Shown piece by piece: positions 1-9,800 of a DNA stretch of 20,565 nt. The stretch comes from a bacterium. Its GTDB lineage: Bacteria; Hinthialibacterota; Hinthialibacteria; Hinthialibacterales; Hinthialibacteraceae. Position 1 is the first letter of the stretch. Each line of letters begins with the position of its first letter. The DNA is taken from contig CAXXSM010000037.1 in the NCBI GenBank assembly GCA_963663405.2, positions 1 to 20,565 on the forward strand. Reading direction: 5' to 3'. The position numbers and the translations under genes are program-made. Under the pieces are notes generated by a model. The model saw nothing but the letters and a program-made list of their open reading frames with translations, did no database searches and was not told where the DNA came from.

Positions 1-2042
1 CATAGAATCATCCCAGGAGAACGGGGGTGAGGATATCGCCAAGCGCCAAGAGGATCTTGCGATTCCGCCATACAATCAGCGGCCGCGCGAATAACATCCC
101 GGAGTTTTGGTTCAGATGGATACGTTTCCGCAAGTTCAGGTAAACCGGCTAGTCCATACCCCAGGATATAAGGTTTGGCGAATGGATGTTGATACCCCAC
201 TTGATCGTCGGCGATGAATGGTGGAGAGGCGACAATCGGCTGGCCTCCCTGGCTGAATACATCTCCAGAAGAGAGTTTGGTTCTTAATTCGCGAAAGAGA
301 CGGAGCGCCGCATTAAAAAACGGTTCATGCCCGGTCCATTGCGCCAGCCGGATAAAGTCAATAACGTCTCCAATGTTCCGGCATTCTCCCCGATCCGCAT
401 GGACATGTTTGATGGCGTAATCGGTCTGCGCGCGCAAGGCCACCGCCATCCGGGGATCGCCGGTTTCTTCGTAAGCGTACAAAAACGAATCATATCCTTT
501 CGTACAAAAATCGGACGCGTAATTGGTTCGCCACATGTATGGAGTGTCTCTCTTTTTGATATCTCTACCAGCCGCTTTGGCGCTGTTATATCGAGTTCCA
601 CCAAATCCTCGTTTGCCCTCGTTGTCTCCCCACCAAATAGACAGGTCATAAAAATTACCGCACCAAAGGAGCGCCGTTTCCCGCAGACGGGCATCACCAG
701 AACGGTAATATTCTTCAAAGATCGGTGGACAATGATTCAGGCGATTCATTCCATAATCGGACGCAGGGCCGGCTTGGTTGAAACCTGTCACGTTGCCATA
801 ATCATCTCCCATCGCCATGCTTCTCACTATGGCGTCCCTGTGATATCTCTTTATTTCATCCAGCTGGGGTGAATGAGGATATTCGGCTGGGGCGCCGGAA
901 GCATACACTTGATCGAAATATCCTGCGTCGATGTGGACCGTATGGGACGGTTCCAGCAAGGCCGTCCAAGGAGCCTGGTTGGGGCCTGTGATGACAAACG
1001 CCGCTCTCCTCCAAGCCATGTATTGATGTGGAACTTCTTCGGTTTGTAAGCGGCGATGATAAATGATTTCCGATCCACTTTCATTCCCTTTGACTCGCAA
1101 CGAACCCCGCCGTGTCAAAGGAGCGATTGGAAAATAGAGTGATTCACAGCCGGATACAATGCAAGTTCCCTTCCCTTTTTCAAAACGATGTTCTTGCCAC
1201 TCCTTATTCACCGGCTGTTGCTGATCACCAACGATGAACTGGTCAATTCCCGGTCCTTCGATTTCCCATCCCATGTCTGGTGAGATGGAACCGATTATTT
1301 CGGTTGGGACACGATTTTGGAGATGAACCTGAACGGCGGCGGTTCCAAGTGAATCGGCTCTGATTTCGATAATTCTAGGCCACTTTTCATCAAACTGAAA
1401 AATCCTTAGCCATAGGTAATGCGTTCCATTTTCAATCATTTCCAATGTGGATGGGGTGGAATTGGCAATGGCTGGGGCGATCAGTCTTGCTCGCCATGCG
1501 ATTGCATTTTTCCGTTGAATCTCGATACGTTGGCCGTCTAGAATTAACGCAGTATCGCCGATTGAACAGTGATACTTTGCATTATCTTCATGTATGTGAA
1601 TGGTATTCTCCTGTTGATCCGGCGCATGGAGTATTAACGAAAAATCGACTGTTTCATGGGATGTAAATGTATAAGGGAACGTCAAAATCGCACGGCGAAC
1701 CGATCGGGGCAATCCTGGATGCCTTGTTAATATACGGATCGTTGGCAGAACTTCAAAATCACCAGTTTTAACAGCTAGACCCAGTCCATCCGGAAACGCG
1801 CCCGCAATAAAAGGTAAAGAGACTCGCACAAGTTGCGCGCCCAGTTTTGCAGGAACGATCTGAAAATGTGTAAGATCTCCTCCAATTCTATGGATCCCTT
1901 CACCCGAACAAGGAGGCGTAGAGAATGTAAAACGTTCTATCCATTTGTTAGTTTGATTTTCAATCCCTGCGTATATTGGATTGTTTAATTGTAAAAACCA
2001 AATCAAAGCAATTGTAGTGAATAAACGATTGCGTCGAATCAT
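1..2042 (-). CDS. Secreted PcRGLX/YetA-like (PL26 exo-rhamnogalacturonan lyase-like) protein, 3'-partial (>680 aa)
   Basis: Manual translation gives 680 uninterrupted codons from ATG 2042 to the window edge with no stop, which is why the ORF track lacks it. SD AAGGAG at 2049-2054. Signal-peptide-like start MIRRNRLFTTIALIWFLQLNNPIYA. LVRVSLPFIAGAFPDG...RILTRHPGLPRSVRRAILTF resembles the YetA/PcRGLX N-terminal barrel. EEYYRSGDARL and AYEETGDPRM are typical (alpha/alpha)6 toroid helix-turn motifs. The ORF is secure; the family call is moderate. Confidence 0.8.
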   Translation of the reverse strand, partial: MIRRNRLFTTIALIWFLQLNNPIYAGIENQTNKWIERFTFSTPPCSGEGIHRIGGDLTHFQIVPAKLGAQLVRVSLPFIAGAFPDGLGLAVKTGDFEVLPTIRILTRHPGLPRSVRRAILTFPYTFTSHETVDFSLILHAPDQQENTIHIHEDNAKYHCSIGDTALILDGQRIEIQRKNAIAWRARLIAPAIANSTPSTLEMIENGTHYLWLRIFQFDEKWPRIIEIRADSLGTAAVQVHLQNRVPTEIIGSISPDMGWEIEGPGIDQFIVGDQQQPVNKEWQEHRFEKGKGTCIVSGCESLYFPIAPLTRRGSLRVKGNESGSEIIYHRRLQTEEVPHQYMAWRRAAFVITGPNQAPWTALLEPSHTVHIDAGYFDQVYASGAPAEYPHSPQLDEIKRYHRDAIVRSMAMGDDYGNVTGFNQAGPASDYGMNRLNHCPPIFEEYYRSGDARLRETALLWCGNFYDLSIWWGDNEGKRGFGGTRYNSAKAAGRDIKKRDTPYMWRTNYASDFCTKGYDSFLYAYEETGDPRMAVALRAQTDYAIKHVHADRGECRNIGDVIDFIRLAQWTGHEPFFNAALRLFRELRTKLSSGDVFSQGGQPIVASPPFIADDQVGYQHPFAKPYILGYGLAGLPELAETYPSEPKLRDVIRAAADCMAESQDPLGAWRYPHPRSPGMIL

Positions 2043-2093
2043 GGATCACTCCTTGTATTCATTAAGCTTTGTATATCGATAGGGGCAATAGAT

Positions 2094-2444
2094 ATGATGA
2101 TAGGCCAATATCGTGAATTGGTAAACAATAGTAGGATTGAGATAGACTCACAATTACGAATTCAACCTAAAAAAATAGGCACCGGTCTGGACAATATTTT
2201 GACCAAACCCTACCAAATCCCATTCCGATGTCTACAACCGAAAGATTGTAATAACCTGCTGACAGCGGGCCGTTGCTTCTCCGGCTCCTTCCTCGCTAAT
2301 GGCAGTTATCGTGTCACAGGCGATTCTGTGCCTATCGGAGAGGCTGCGGGAATCGCCACAGCGATGGCTCTTGAGAAAGGGATCAAACCGGGTGAACTTG
2401 ATGGAAAGGAAGTCAGAGCGAGAGTAGAATCATTTCGGTTATGA
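2094..2444 (+). pseudogene. C-terminal remnant of an FAD-dependent oxidoreductase (PF12831-like)
   Basis: PYQIPFRCLQPKDCNNLLTAGRCFSGSFLANGSYRVTGDSVPIGEAAGIATAMALEKG matches the characteristic C-terminus of this family (YxIPxRxLxP...NLLxAGRxxS...RV...GEAAGxA). The N-terminal GxGxxG FAD-binding region is absent. Recognisable homology begins only at ~2180-2205. Confidence 0.75.
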
Positions 2445-2641
2445 TCAGGTTTAAATGTTAATCATTCAAAGTCAGACCCATCAATAGCTCTAGGAGACAT
2501 AGACGACATAATACTTACCCTTGATAAATCTCTCCTGGATTCATATGTCTTTCAATGAACCGGGCGCTCATCCGGATTCGTAGCATTCCTTTATTCCGCT
2601 TATTTAAATTATATGAAACTGCCAACTGCTATTCAGACCGT

Positions 2642-4834
2642 TTATTCCATTGGACGCTTTATCCATATGTCATTCTTTTTTATGTATAGATGCGGAGGAT
2701 CTACATATTTTATTGGGATACCATTTTCATACCACCAATGACGGTCCTCGCGTCCTCTTTCATAACGAATAGACTCGGTGATCTGTCCATCTGTATTGAA
2801 GATCTCCTTGCTTACCAAATCCCCCTGACTGTTATAGTATTCCCGGTGACTAACTCGGTCATTCTTAAAATACAAATGACGAATTGGCTTACCATCTGAG
2901 TTCAGATCTATTTGCCGCACACTCTTTCCATGATCAAGGCGCCTACGATGTATCACTCCATCCGTCTGATGAACAATCTCTTCTACTATATCCGTTTTAT
3001 CGTTGATCTCGCGTTTCTCGATTTCTTGACCGCTACTACGATAGATCGATCGCGTCCAAGAAAAATCATTGGGGATTTCATGTAAAATATGAAGAGTCCG
3101 TTCTTCATTGAGCGAGATCGTTTGGCTCAAGGCGCTTTCTAAACCCGACCACTCCACTGCGGTTACCGCATACTTTCCTTCCTCTAGCAGTTGCAACGTC
3201 TCTCCTGAGTGGTAAAGCCGGTCATTGATCTTCACTCCATTCAGGTAGATGTTATATCCTTGCGTTTCCCAATGATTTTCCCCTGGGATTAATTCCACTC
3301 CTTCACTGGTTACACGCAGAACAGGCCGATCGGGAAGCCGGACAACGGCGATATAGATATCAGACGACCGCTGCCACATCAAAGGCGATTCCATATCCTG
3401 AACAATCTGGCGAATGGAACGGGAAGGCAATCGATTTCCATTCCGGATCTCTTCACTCAGTAAAAGAGATTCAAATGACAACAGAGTTTGACCTTTTCCA
3501 ATACTCGATTCGGCAGAGGTTTTGTATAAACCTCGTGTAATACCTTCAAACGTTGTTGGAGTTATTCGTTCGTACGAAAGCGCTTCCCCGCCAAATCCAG
3601 CTGGATTGACCAATCGTCCACGAGAAGGAAATCCCTGGGTGGAATCCACCACAATTCGGTTTGGACCTATAAACTGTTCAACTGTAGCGGCTGGCCCATC
3701 TTTTAAATCATACGTAGATATAAAAGCGATTTTTGTGCCATCCGGACTCCCCTTCGCGTCAATATCATAGGGGCCGGAATTGTCTTGTGAGTTAGGAAAA
3801 CAGAGGAATGAAAAAGTCTTAGTCACCGTCCATCCATCACCGGAACGTAAATCCGCGACTTGCAGCGGTCCACGGCCACCGCCGGTACTCCCACAAATCC
3901 AGCGGCCGCTTCGTCCACATGCGCAGATATCACCAACACTGATATTGGAAAGAAAATGAATGTTACTCGGTAACGGTTCATTCCACTTCCGCCCCCGCAC
4001 CGGTCCGTTTCCTGCCATGAAATAGGTCCCACTTCCATCCCATGCAAAATGCGATCCATCCATCAACGGAAAAGGAACCGTCCGATTCGTCCCATCCAAT
4101 TCATGATCGAAAAAATGCCGCGCCATAAATGGTATATCCTGCGTTCCTTCCGGCGTATAATAATAATCGCGGTAGTTATGATCTCTTGATACAATGGTTG
4201 GGTGAACTGGATTGACATACAGCGAATTGTATCCTACACCCCAGTCTCCCGGCAGAATTTCCAATGTAGAATTCTTTTGAATCGCCAGCCGCGCCGCTTT
4301 TCTCGAACCATCGGCGGCTGATTGGATACCATAGATCCACCGATCCCCACAATCCGTTTCTTTTAATGTTTGCAGGCCGTATCCGATCACTGTTTTTTGT
4401 TGACTTTCGACGTCATACCAGATCACGGATACGCCTTGTTCATACGATGGCCCTTTGTTCTCTTCCCGGTGTGTATAAAACAACCAGTTATGTTGATTCG
4501 CCCAGCGGGGATTCGTTCCCAAATCGATTCGGATATCTTGCTGCTTGAGAAAATCGAATATATGAATCTCCGCTTTGGAACCAGCGCCGTATTCCTTCTC
4601 ATCGGCGGCATAATGAGTAAAGCACATATACCGTCCGTCAGGACTCCAGCATTTGATATTGTGATAACTGGCGTGATCGCGAATAGAGGGATCGTTGGTG
4701 ACTCGCCAAAGTTCAATGGCCTGACCATCACGAGGAGGGAAACGCTCAATCTCTGTTCTCACAGAAATCAACGAACTGAAGTACAAAACAAACAAAACTA
4801 TTGCGAACCAAAAAGACCGCTGGAGAATCATCAT
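2642..4834 (-). CDS. Secreted TolB-like / oligogalacturonate-lyase-like beta-propeller protein with FN3-like and MORN/YwqK-like C-terminal modules (730 aa)
   Basis: Start moved from 4912 to ATG 4834: an AGAGGA SD lies upstream, a hydrophobic N-terminus follows (MMILQRSFWFAIVLFVLYFSSL), and the overlap with the esterase gene disappears. Propeller motifs: CWSPDGRY, NPRWAN, HFAWDGSG, GSPDGTKIAFIS. FN3-like segment GYNIYLNG...YAVTAVEWSGLES. C-terminal repeats EYYNSQG / EIFNTDG / WWYENG. Confidence 0.75.
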   Translation of the reverse strand: MMILQRSFWFAIVLFVLYFSSLISVRTEIERFPPRDGQAIELWRVTNDPSIRDHASYHNIKCWSPDGRYMCFTHYAADEKEYGAGSKAEIHIFDFLKQQDIRIDLGTNPRWANQHNWLFYTHREENKGPSYEQGVSVIWYDVESQQKTVIGYGLQTLKETDCGDRWIYGIQSAADGSRKAARLAIQKNSTLEILPGDWGVGYNSLYVNPVHPTIVSRDHNYRDYYYTPEGTQDIPFMARHFFDHELDGTNRTVPFPLMDGSHFAWDGSGTYFMAGNGPVRGRKWNEPLPSNIHFLSNISVGDICACGRSGRWICGSTGGGRGPLQVADLRSGDGWTVTKTFSFLCFPNSQDNSGPYDIDAKGSPDGTKIAFISTYDLKDGPAATVEQFIGPNRIVVDSTQGFPSRGRLVNPAGFGGEALSYERITPTTFEGITRGLYKTSAESSIGKGQTLLSFESLLLSEEIRNGNRLPSRSIRQIVQDMESPLMWQRSSDIYIAVVRLPDRPVLRVTSEGVELIPGENHWETQGYNIYLNGVKINDRLYHSGETLQLLEEGKYAVTAVEWSGLESALSQTISLNEERTLHILHEIPNDFSWTRSIYRSSGQEIEKREINDKTDIVEEIVHQTDGVIHRRRLDHGKSVRQIDLNSDGKPIRHLYFKNDRVSHREYYNSQGDLVSKEIFNTDGQITESIRYERGREDRHWWYENGIPIKYVDPPHLYIKKNDIWIKRPME

Positions 4835-4866
4835 TTGTATTTCCTCTTGTTCTGATGGAAATTGAA

Positions 4867-6156
4867 TTATTTTTGGAAATGACGATCGGCAAAGTCTAAA
4901 TATTGTTTCCAATCATAATCGGTCACATCGTGTTTTCCCGAGCGAATGTGATAGCCGATCGTGTGACCGACCGGAGTGTTTAAATCCGGCATGGTATCGA
5001 CACCGATTCCACGTTTGCCGAACAATTGATATACAGGACTGGCGTATTTTCCCGACAAAAATTCCCCCTTTGGATCGGCCCAGCGATCCTCGAAAGCGCT
5101 GGCGATATATACGGGGCGAGGCGCCATTAATGAAATCAGCATATGTTGATCAACGGGAAGCGCGTCTTCGTTTTCATTGTATTGGTTGAAATTATCGCAG
5201 AACCAATGTGGGAACGAGCGATTGATCCGGCCAACGGTTTCACCAAAACGGCGAAGCGATAACGCGGCGCCACCGCAACCGGAATCATTTGATATAACAA
5301 TTGCGAACCGCTGATCCTGCGCGCCTGCCCATAGGGAAGTTTTCCCGAGTCTTGAATGCCCCATAACCGATACATGACGCTGATCGATATCGGGATCTTT
5401 TTCAAAGTAATCCATGGCGCGGCTCAAGCCCCAGGCCCAGGCGCCGATCGAACCCCATTCGTCTTCTTTCGATTTGGTTTGCCCTTGGGTGTAGAACAAA
5501 GGATGAACACCGTTTTGAAATTGGTCATCGAAATCAGGATCGATATCGCCATAATAGATGGTGGCCAGACCATACCCCCGTTTCAAGATCATATCGATCG
5601 CCCATCGGGAAGAAGCGGAACCACGAGTCGTTTCGGGATCGATGCTTTCTGTTTTGGGAGACCGCTTCATATTTTCTTTCCAATGAGAAGAGATCTTGAT
5701 CCCCGGATCGAGATGGACGGTGTGGTTTCCGCTAAAATTCAATCCCAAAAACATTGGGATAGGTGTAGAGACGCCTTTGGGGAGGTAGATCAACATTTCG
5801 ATATGGTAATCCTGAGGATTTCCAGTTGGATACAGTGTGACCTGTTTTCGAATCGCTTTTCCATCTAATGTGTTTTGATCTGTTTGGACATCGAAGGTCA
5901 TACTGTATTTCATAGCGGGAGTTATACCGTAAACCTGGGTTTGGAATAGACGCTGAATTTCCGGGCGCCGTTTCTCGATCCAATCTTTTGAGTTTGTAAT
6001 CTTTGTGTTGTCCTCCGCAAGAAGGGGATCGGGAAGTTTGTAGTCAGGAATTTTGCTTTCATCATAATTAGCCTGAAATTGTGAAAATCCGGATATCGCA
6101 CAGTAACATAACAGGAGTATTATGTGTCCGATTTTCTGCCAATGGATTAATCTCAT
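4867..6156 (-). CDS. Glucuronoyl esterase (carbohydrate esterase family CE15), secreted
   Basis: Nucleophile motif GHSRLGK, SIGAWAWGLSRAMDY, SNDSGCGGAAL, LPVDQHMLISLMAPRP, DRWADPKGEF and C-terminal GKHDVT (catalytic His) are hallmarks of bacterial CE15. Signal peptide present. SD AGAGGAG at 6164-6170. Confidence 0.92.
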   Translation of the reverse strand: MRLIHWQKIGHIILLLCYCAISGFSQFQANYDESKIPDYKLPDPLLAEDNTKITNSKDWIEKRRPEIQRLFQTQVYGITPAMKYSMTFDVQTDQNTLDGKAIRKQVTLYPTGNPQDYHIEMLIYLPKGVSTPIPMFLGLNFSGNHTVHLDPGIKISSHWKENMKRSPKTESIDPETTRGSASSRWAIDMILKRGYGLATIYYGDIDPDFDDQFQNGVHPLFYTQGQTKSKEDEWGSIGAWAWGLSRAMDYFEKDPDIDQRHVSVMGHSRLGKTSLWAGAQDQRFAIVISNDSGCGGAALSLRRFGETVGRINRSFPHWFCDNFNQYNENEDALPVDQHMLISLMAPRPVYIASAFEDRWADPKGEFLSGKYASPVYQLFGKRGIGVDTMPDLNTPVGHTIGYHIRSGKHDVTDYDWKQYLDFADRHFQK

Positions 6157-6246
6157 CGTTCTTCTCCTCTAAATCTGATTTTTCCCATTTTTGACCAAGA
6201 GATAAACACGTTTATTTGAAAATGAGTCTCGAAAATATACAAACAT

Positions 6247-6306
6247 GTAGGGTGGGTCACGCCTTAATGAGGCGCCAATTTCGTGAATCATTCCCTACCG
6301 TGACTC
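6247..6306. repeat. GTAG-type REP-like imperfect palindrome
   Basis: GTAGGG (6247-6252) pairs with CCCTAC (6293-6298). TCACG (6257-6261) pairs with CGTGA (6282-6286). Inner hairpin CGCCT/AGGCG (6260-6274). Only one copy in the window. Confidence 0.4.
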
Positions 6307-6683
6307 GATCCCTTCCGCAACTCTTTTTCATTTGCAGTTGTAATCTCGATCATGATGGTTTATATGGTTTTCATCCTATTTTCTCCGAATACTTCATGTC
6401 ACGTCAAGAGATGATCCTCACTATACCGCATCCTCACACCGATTCAAAGACATTCAAATTGAATAATGGGATACAATACACGCCTTTTTACAACCATAGT
6501 TCCTCTTATTACACACCATAGCTGGTTGAATAAATCGAGATCAACAATAGGTAATCAAGTTTCTTTAAACAGAGACCGAGATATTCCTATAAATCCAGTA
6601 CGAAAATCGCATTCAATTTGATCACTATCGATGTCCGTTCTATACGTCATTGAAAATTCCAAAGAAAAAAATGCTCATCCCTG

Positions 6684-6713
6684 TTGACTTTCTTATTACA
6701 AATTTTTTAAAGT
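6684..6713 (+). promoter_or_regulatory. Candidate sigma70-type promoter of the giant protein gene
   Basis: TTGACT (6684-6689), 18-bp spacer, TAAAGT (6708-6713). An A-tract lies just upstream, within a very AT-rich region ~155 bp before the start codon. Confidence 0.4.
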
Positions 6714-6867
6714 ATTATAAATACGATGTAACTCGTTTATTTTAGATTTATCATTGGGATCTATATTGATTATTGGGAAAAACACTTTTTATTAATCCAA
6801 ATTGATTTTTTAAATTTTCAACGGAATGTCTGTCAATTAAATGCTTTTTCATCAAAGGAGATTGGAC

Positions 6868-9800
6868 GTGCATAGTTTACGGATAGCAGGCTGTATTTTT
6901 TTCTTAATCATCATGAACCTCAACTGTCTCAATGTCTCATCCCAGCCCATCACTGTATCAGGGCTTATTGGAACAGATACGACTTGGAAATCCGATCAAA
7001 CAATCTATGTATCTGGAGATATTGTTGTCGATGAAAACGCGATTCTTCGAATTGAACCTGGATGCACGATTCAACTCGAAAACACTACATACGATATTGT
7101 TGTGAAAGGCGCGCTTCTTGCACAAGGCACATCCAATTTACCGATTGTATTCGAACCACACACTGATGTTTCTCATTGGGGTGGGATCCGGATAGAGAGT
7201 CATGGAAATGCAGGGCAGAGTATTCTTGAATATGTAAGTATTAAAAACGCGGGATCGAATTACTACTCCAATACTGGCGCCAGCGCATTGTTTATCGATT
7301 CCGCTTCACCAGTGATTCAGAATTGTATTATTGTCAACAGCAATACAAATGGAATACAGTTGCATAATTCTACCCCTTGGATCACAAATTGTTCTTTGGA
7401 AGAAAATTCTGGGAATGCGATCGTCATGAATGTCGATAGTGAACCTTTTTGGAATGGGAATACAGCGACGGACAATCAATTCAATGGAATTGCGATTCTC
7501 GGTGGTATTACGACAAAATCCAATGTTTGGAGAAGCGCAAACCTGCCATACTTGATATCTGGTGATGTTGTTGTTGATTCTACCTTTGAATTAACAATTG
7601 AATCCGGGAACATCCTCCAATTTAAAGATAGCACGATTGACTTACACATAAAAGGAACCTTGCAATCGATAGGCACAGAACAATCGCCTATTATCTTCAC
7701 TTCACTTGGTGATTCTATCGAGCATAGCTGGGGTGGATTGCTTTTTGGGCCGGGAGCCAATCAATCTGTCATGGAGCATTGTCAGTTACGTTTTGGAGGA
7801 TCCAATTATTACTCCAATAGTATGAATTCAATCATCCGATGTCAAAATGCTGCGCCTACATTCAAGCGCTGCCGAATTGAAAATTCTCACACGTATGGAA
7901 TGAGTTTAATTCAATCCAATGCAAACTTAGATTCCATTCATTTTGAAGCCAATTCTCAATCCGCCGTCTATATGGATGTACACTCATTTCCAGTTTTATC
8001 AAATATCTCTGCGCAAGAAAATCAATATGATATGTGCATGATTCTTTCGGGAACGCTTTCAAAAAGTGGGAGATGGGATTATGTAGAAATTCCATATTTA
8101 ATTGCCGAAGATATAACAATCCCTACGGATGTTACACTCACTGTTGATCCAGGCCAAGAGATATTCTTTCAAAAATCAACGGCTGACCTGAATGTAAAAG
8201 GCACTTTGATTGCGCAAGGAACAGAGACGCAACCAATTCTTTTTACTTCGCTGACGGATACAAGTGAATCGAGCTGGGGAGGGATCTTATTTTCTGCGAG
8301 TTCGGATCAATCGATACTAGAGCACTGTCAATTTCGTTTTGGAGGATCCAATTATTATTCCTCCAGTTTAGATTCTATCATCCGTTGTGAAAATTCTGCG
8401 CCTACATTCACGCGCTGTCGAATTGAAAATTCCATCTCGTATGGAATGAGTTTAATCCAATCCAATTCAAATTTAAACTCCATTCATTTCGAAGCCAATA
8501 CCCAATCCGCCGCCTATATGGATGTACACTCGTTTCCTGTATTAACAAATATCTCAGCGCAAGAAAACAAATATGATATGTGGATGATTCTTTCGGGAAC
8601 GCTATCAAAAAGCGGACAGTGGGATTATGTAGAAATTCCTTATTTAGTAGCCGAAGATATTACGGTTCCTACGGATATTACGCTCACCGTTAATCCAGGC
8701 CAAGAGATATTCTTCCTAAAATCGTCTGCAAATTTAACGATCGGAGGGACTTTTCTTGCGCAAGGCACAGAAACACAACCGGTTCTATTTTCTTCTTTGA
8801 CGGATACAAACGAATCGAGCTGGGGTGGCTTACTATTTTCTTCTGGCTCAGATGAATCGGTGATGGAATACTGTCATTTCCGTTTTGGGGGATCTTACTA
8901 TTACTCTACATCAAATGAAGCCTGTATTACCTGCGATAACGCTTCTCCACGATTCAATAATTGCTATATCTATTCTTCGTTCAATGATGGAATGAATTTA
9001 TTTGATTCGAAAGCAACTATCGAACGCTGCATATTTGAACAATGCCGCAGTCATGCGATCCGGATGGATGCTAACAGTTTTCCTTATTTTGAAAGGAATG
9101 AAGCCCATCAAAACAAATATAATGTAATAACCGTCCGTTCTGGCGCGCTCTCTCATTCCGGCCGGTGGGATTATGCGGATTTAGACTATAACTTGGAAGA
9201 AGATGTGACCATTGCCCCAGGCGCTCATTTATCCATCGATCCAGGCAACACGATTCGCTTTCAAACTTCGTCAACGGATTTAATTGTTTATGGCTCATTG
9301 GAAGCGATTGGCGCTCTAAACAAAGAAATTACATTTACTTCGCTGAATTCACAAACACCTCATGCCTATGGTGGAATCTACTTGAATTCAACGATCGATT
9401 CCGATCGTACACGATTTGAACATTGTATTATCGAATATGGAGGTTCCGCTTATTATAGCAGCGCAAACCAATCGATGCTTTTCTGCGATGGATGTTCTCC
9501 TGTTATTAGAAACTGTATTTTTCAGTATAGCGGATATGATAGTTTGTGGGTTGCGAACGGCTCGCCAGTTATTGAAAATGTGGATTTCCGCAATAGCCGT
9601 AGAAATGCGGTTCTCATCACGAATAATTCATTTCCTTTTTTTCATAATATTCGCGCCGGTGGAAATTTGTATGATAGTATCTTGATTATCGGAAACGAAT
9701 GGTCAGCATCGGGAACATGGAGCGCGCCTGGAATCCCCTACCGGATTGAATCGGATGTTACGATCTTGAAAGAAGGCCGTGTTGCTATTGCTCCGAATAG

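Noticed and set aside
214-1666. Small ORFs 214..420, 284..718, 327..872, 851..1084 and 1445..1666
   Set aside because: They are antisense or out-of-frame shadows of the long minus-strand CDS 1..2042 and contain no recognisable motifs.
2490-2550. Weak inverted repeats (CTAGGAGA/TCTCCTGG, AGACATA/TATGTCT) between convergent genes
   Set aside because: Short stems with long loops and no U-tract. Not supportable as a terminator or ncRNA.
4835-4912. Longer start (4912) for the propeller gene
   Set aside because: It overlaps the CE15 gene and buries the signal peptide. ATG 4834 has an SD.
6216-6521. 101-aa ORF in the divergent intergenic region
   Set aside because: TTG start, no SD, no motifs, and it crosses the palindrome. 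Probably non-coding.
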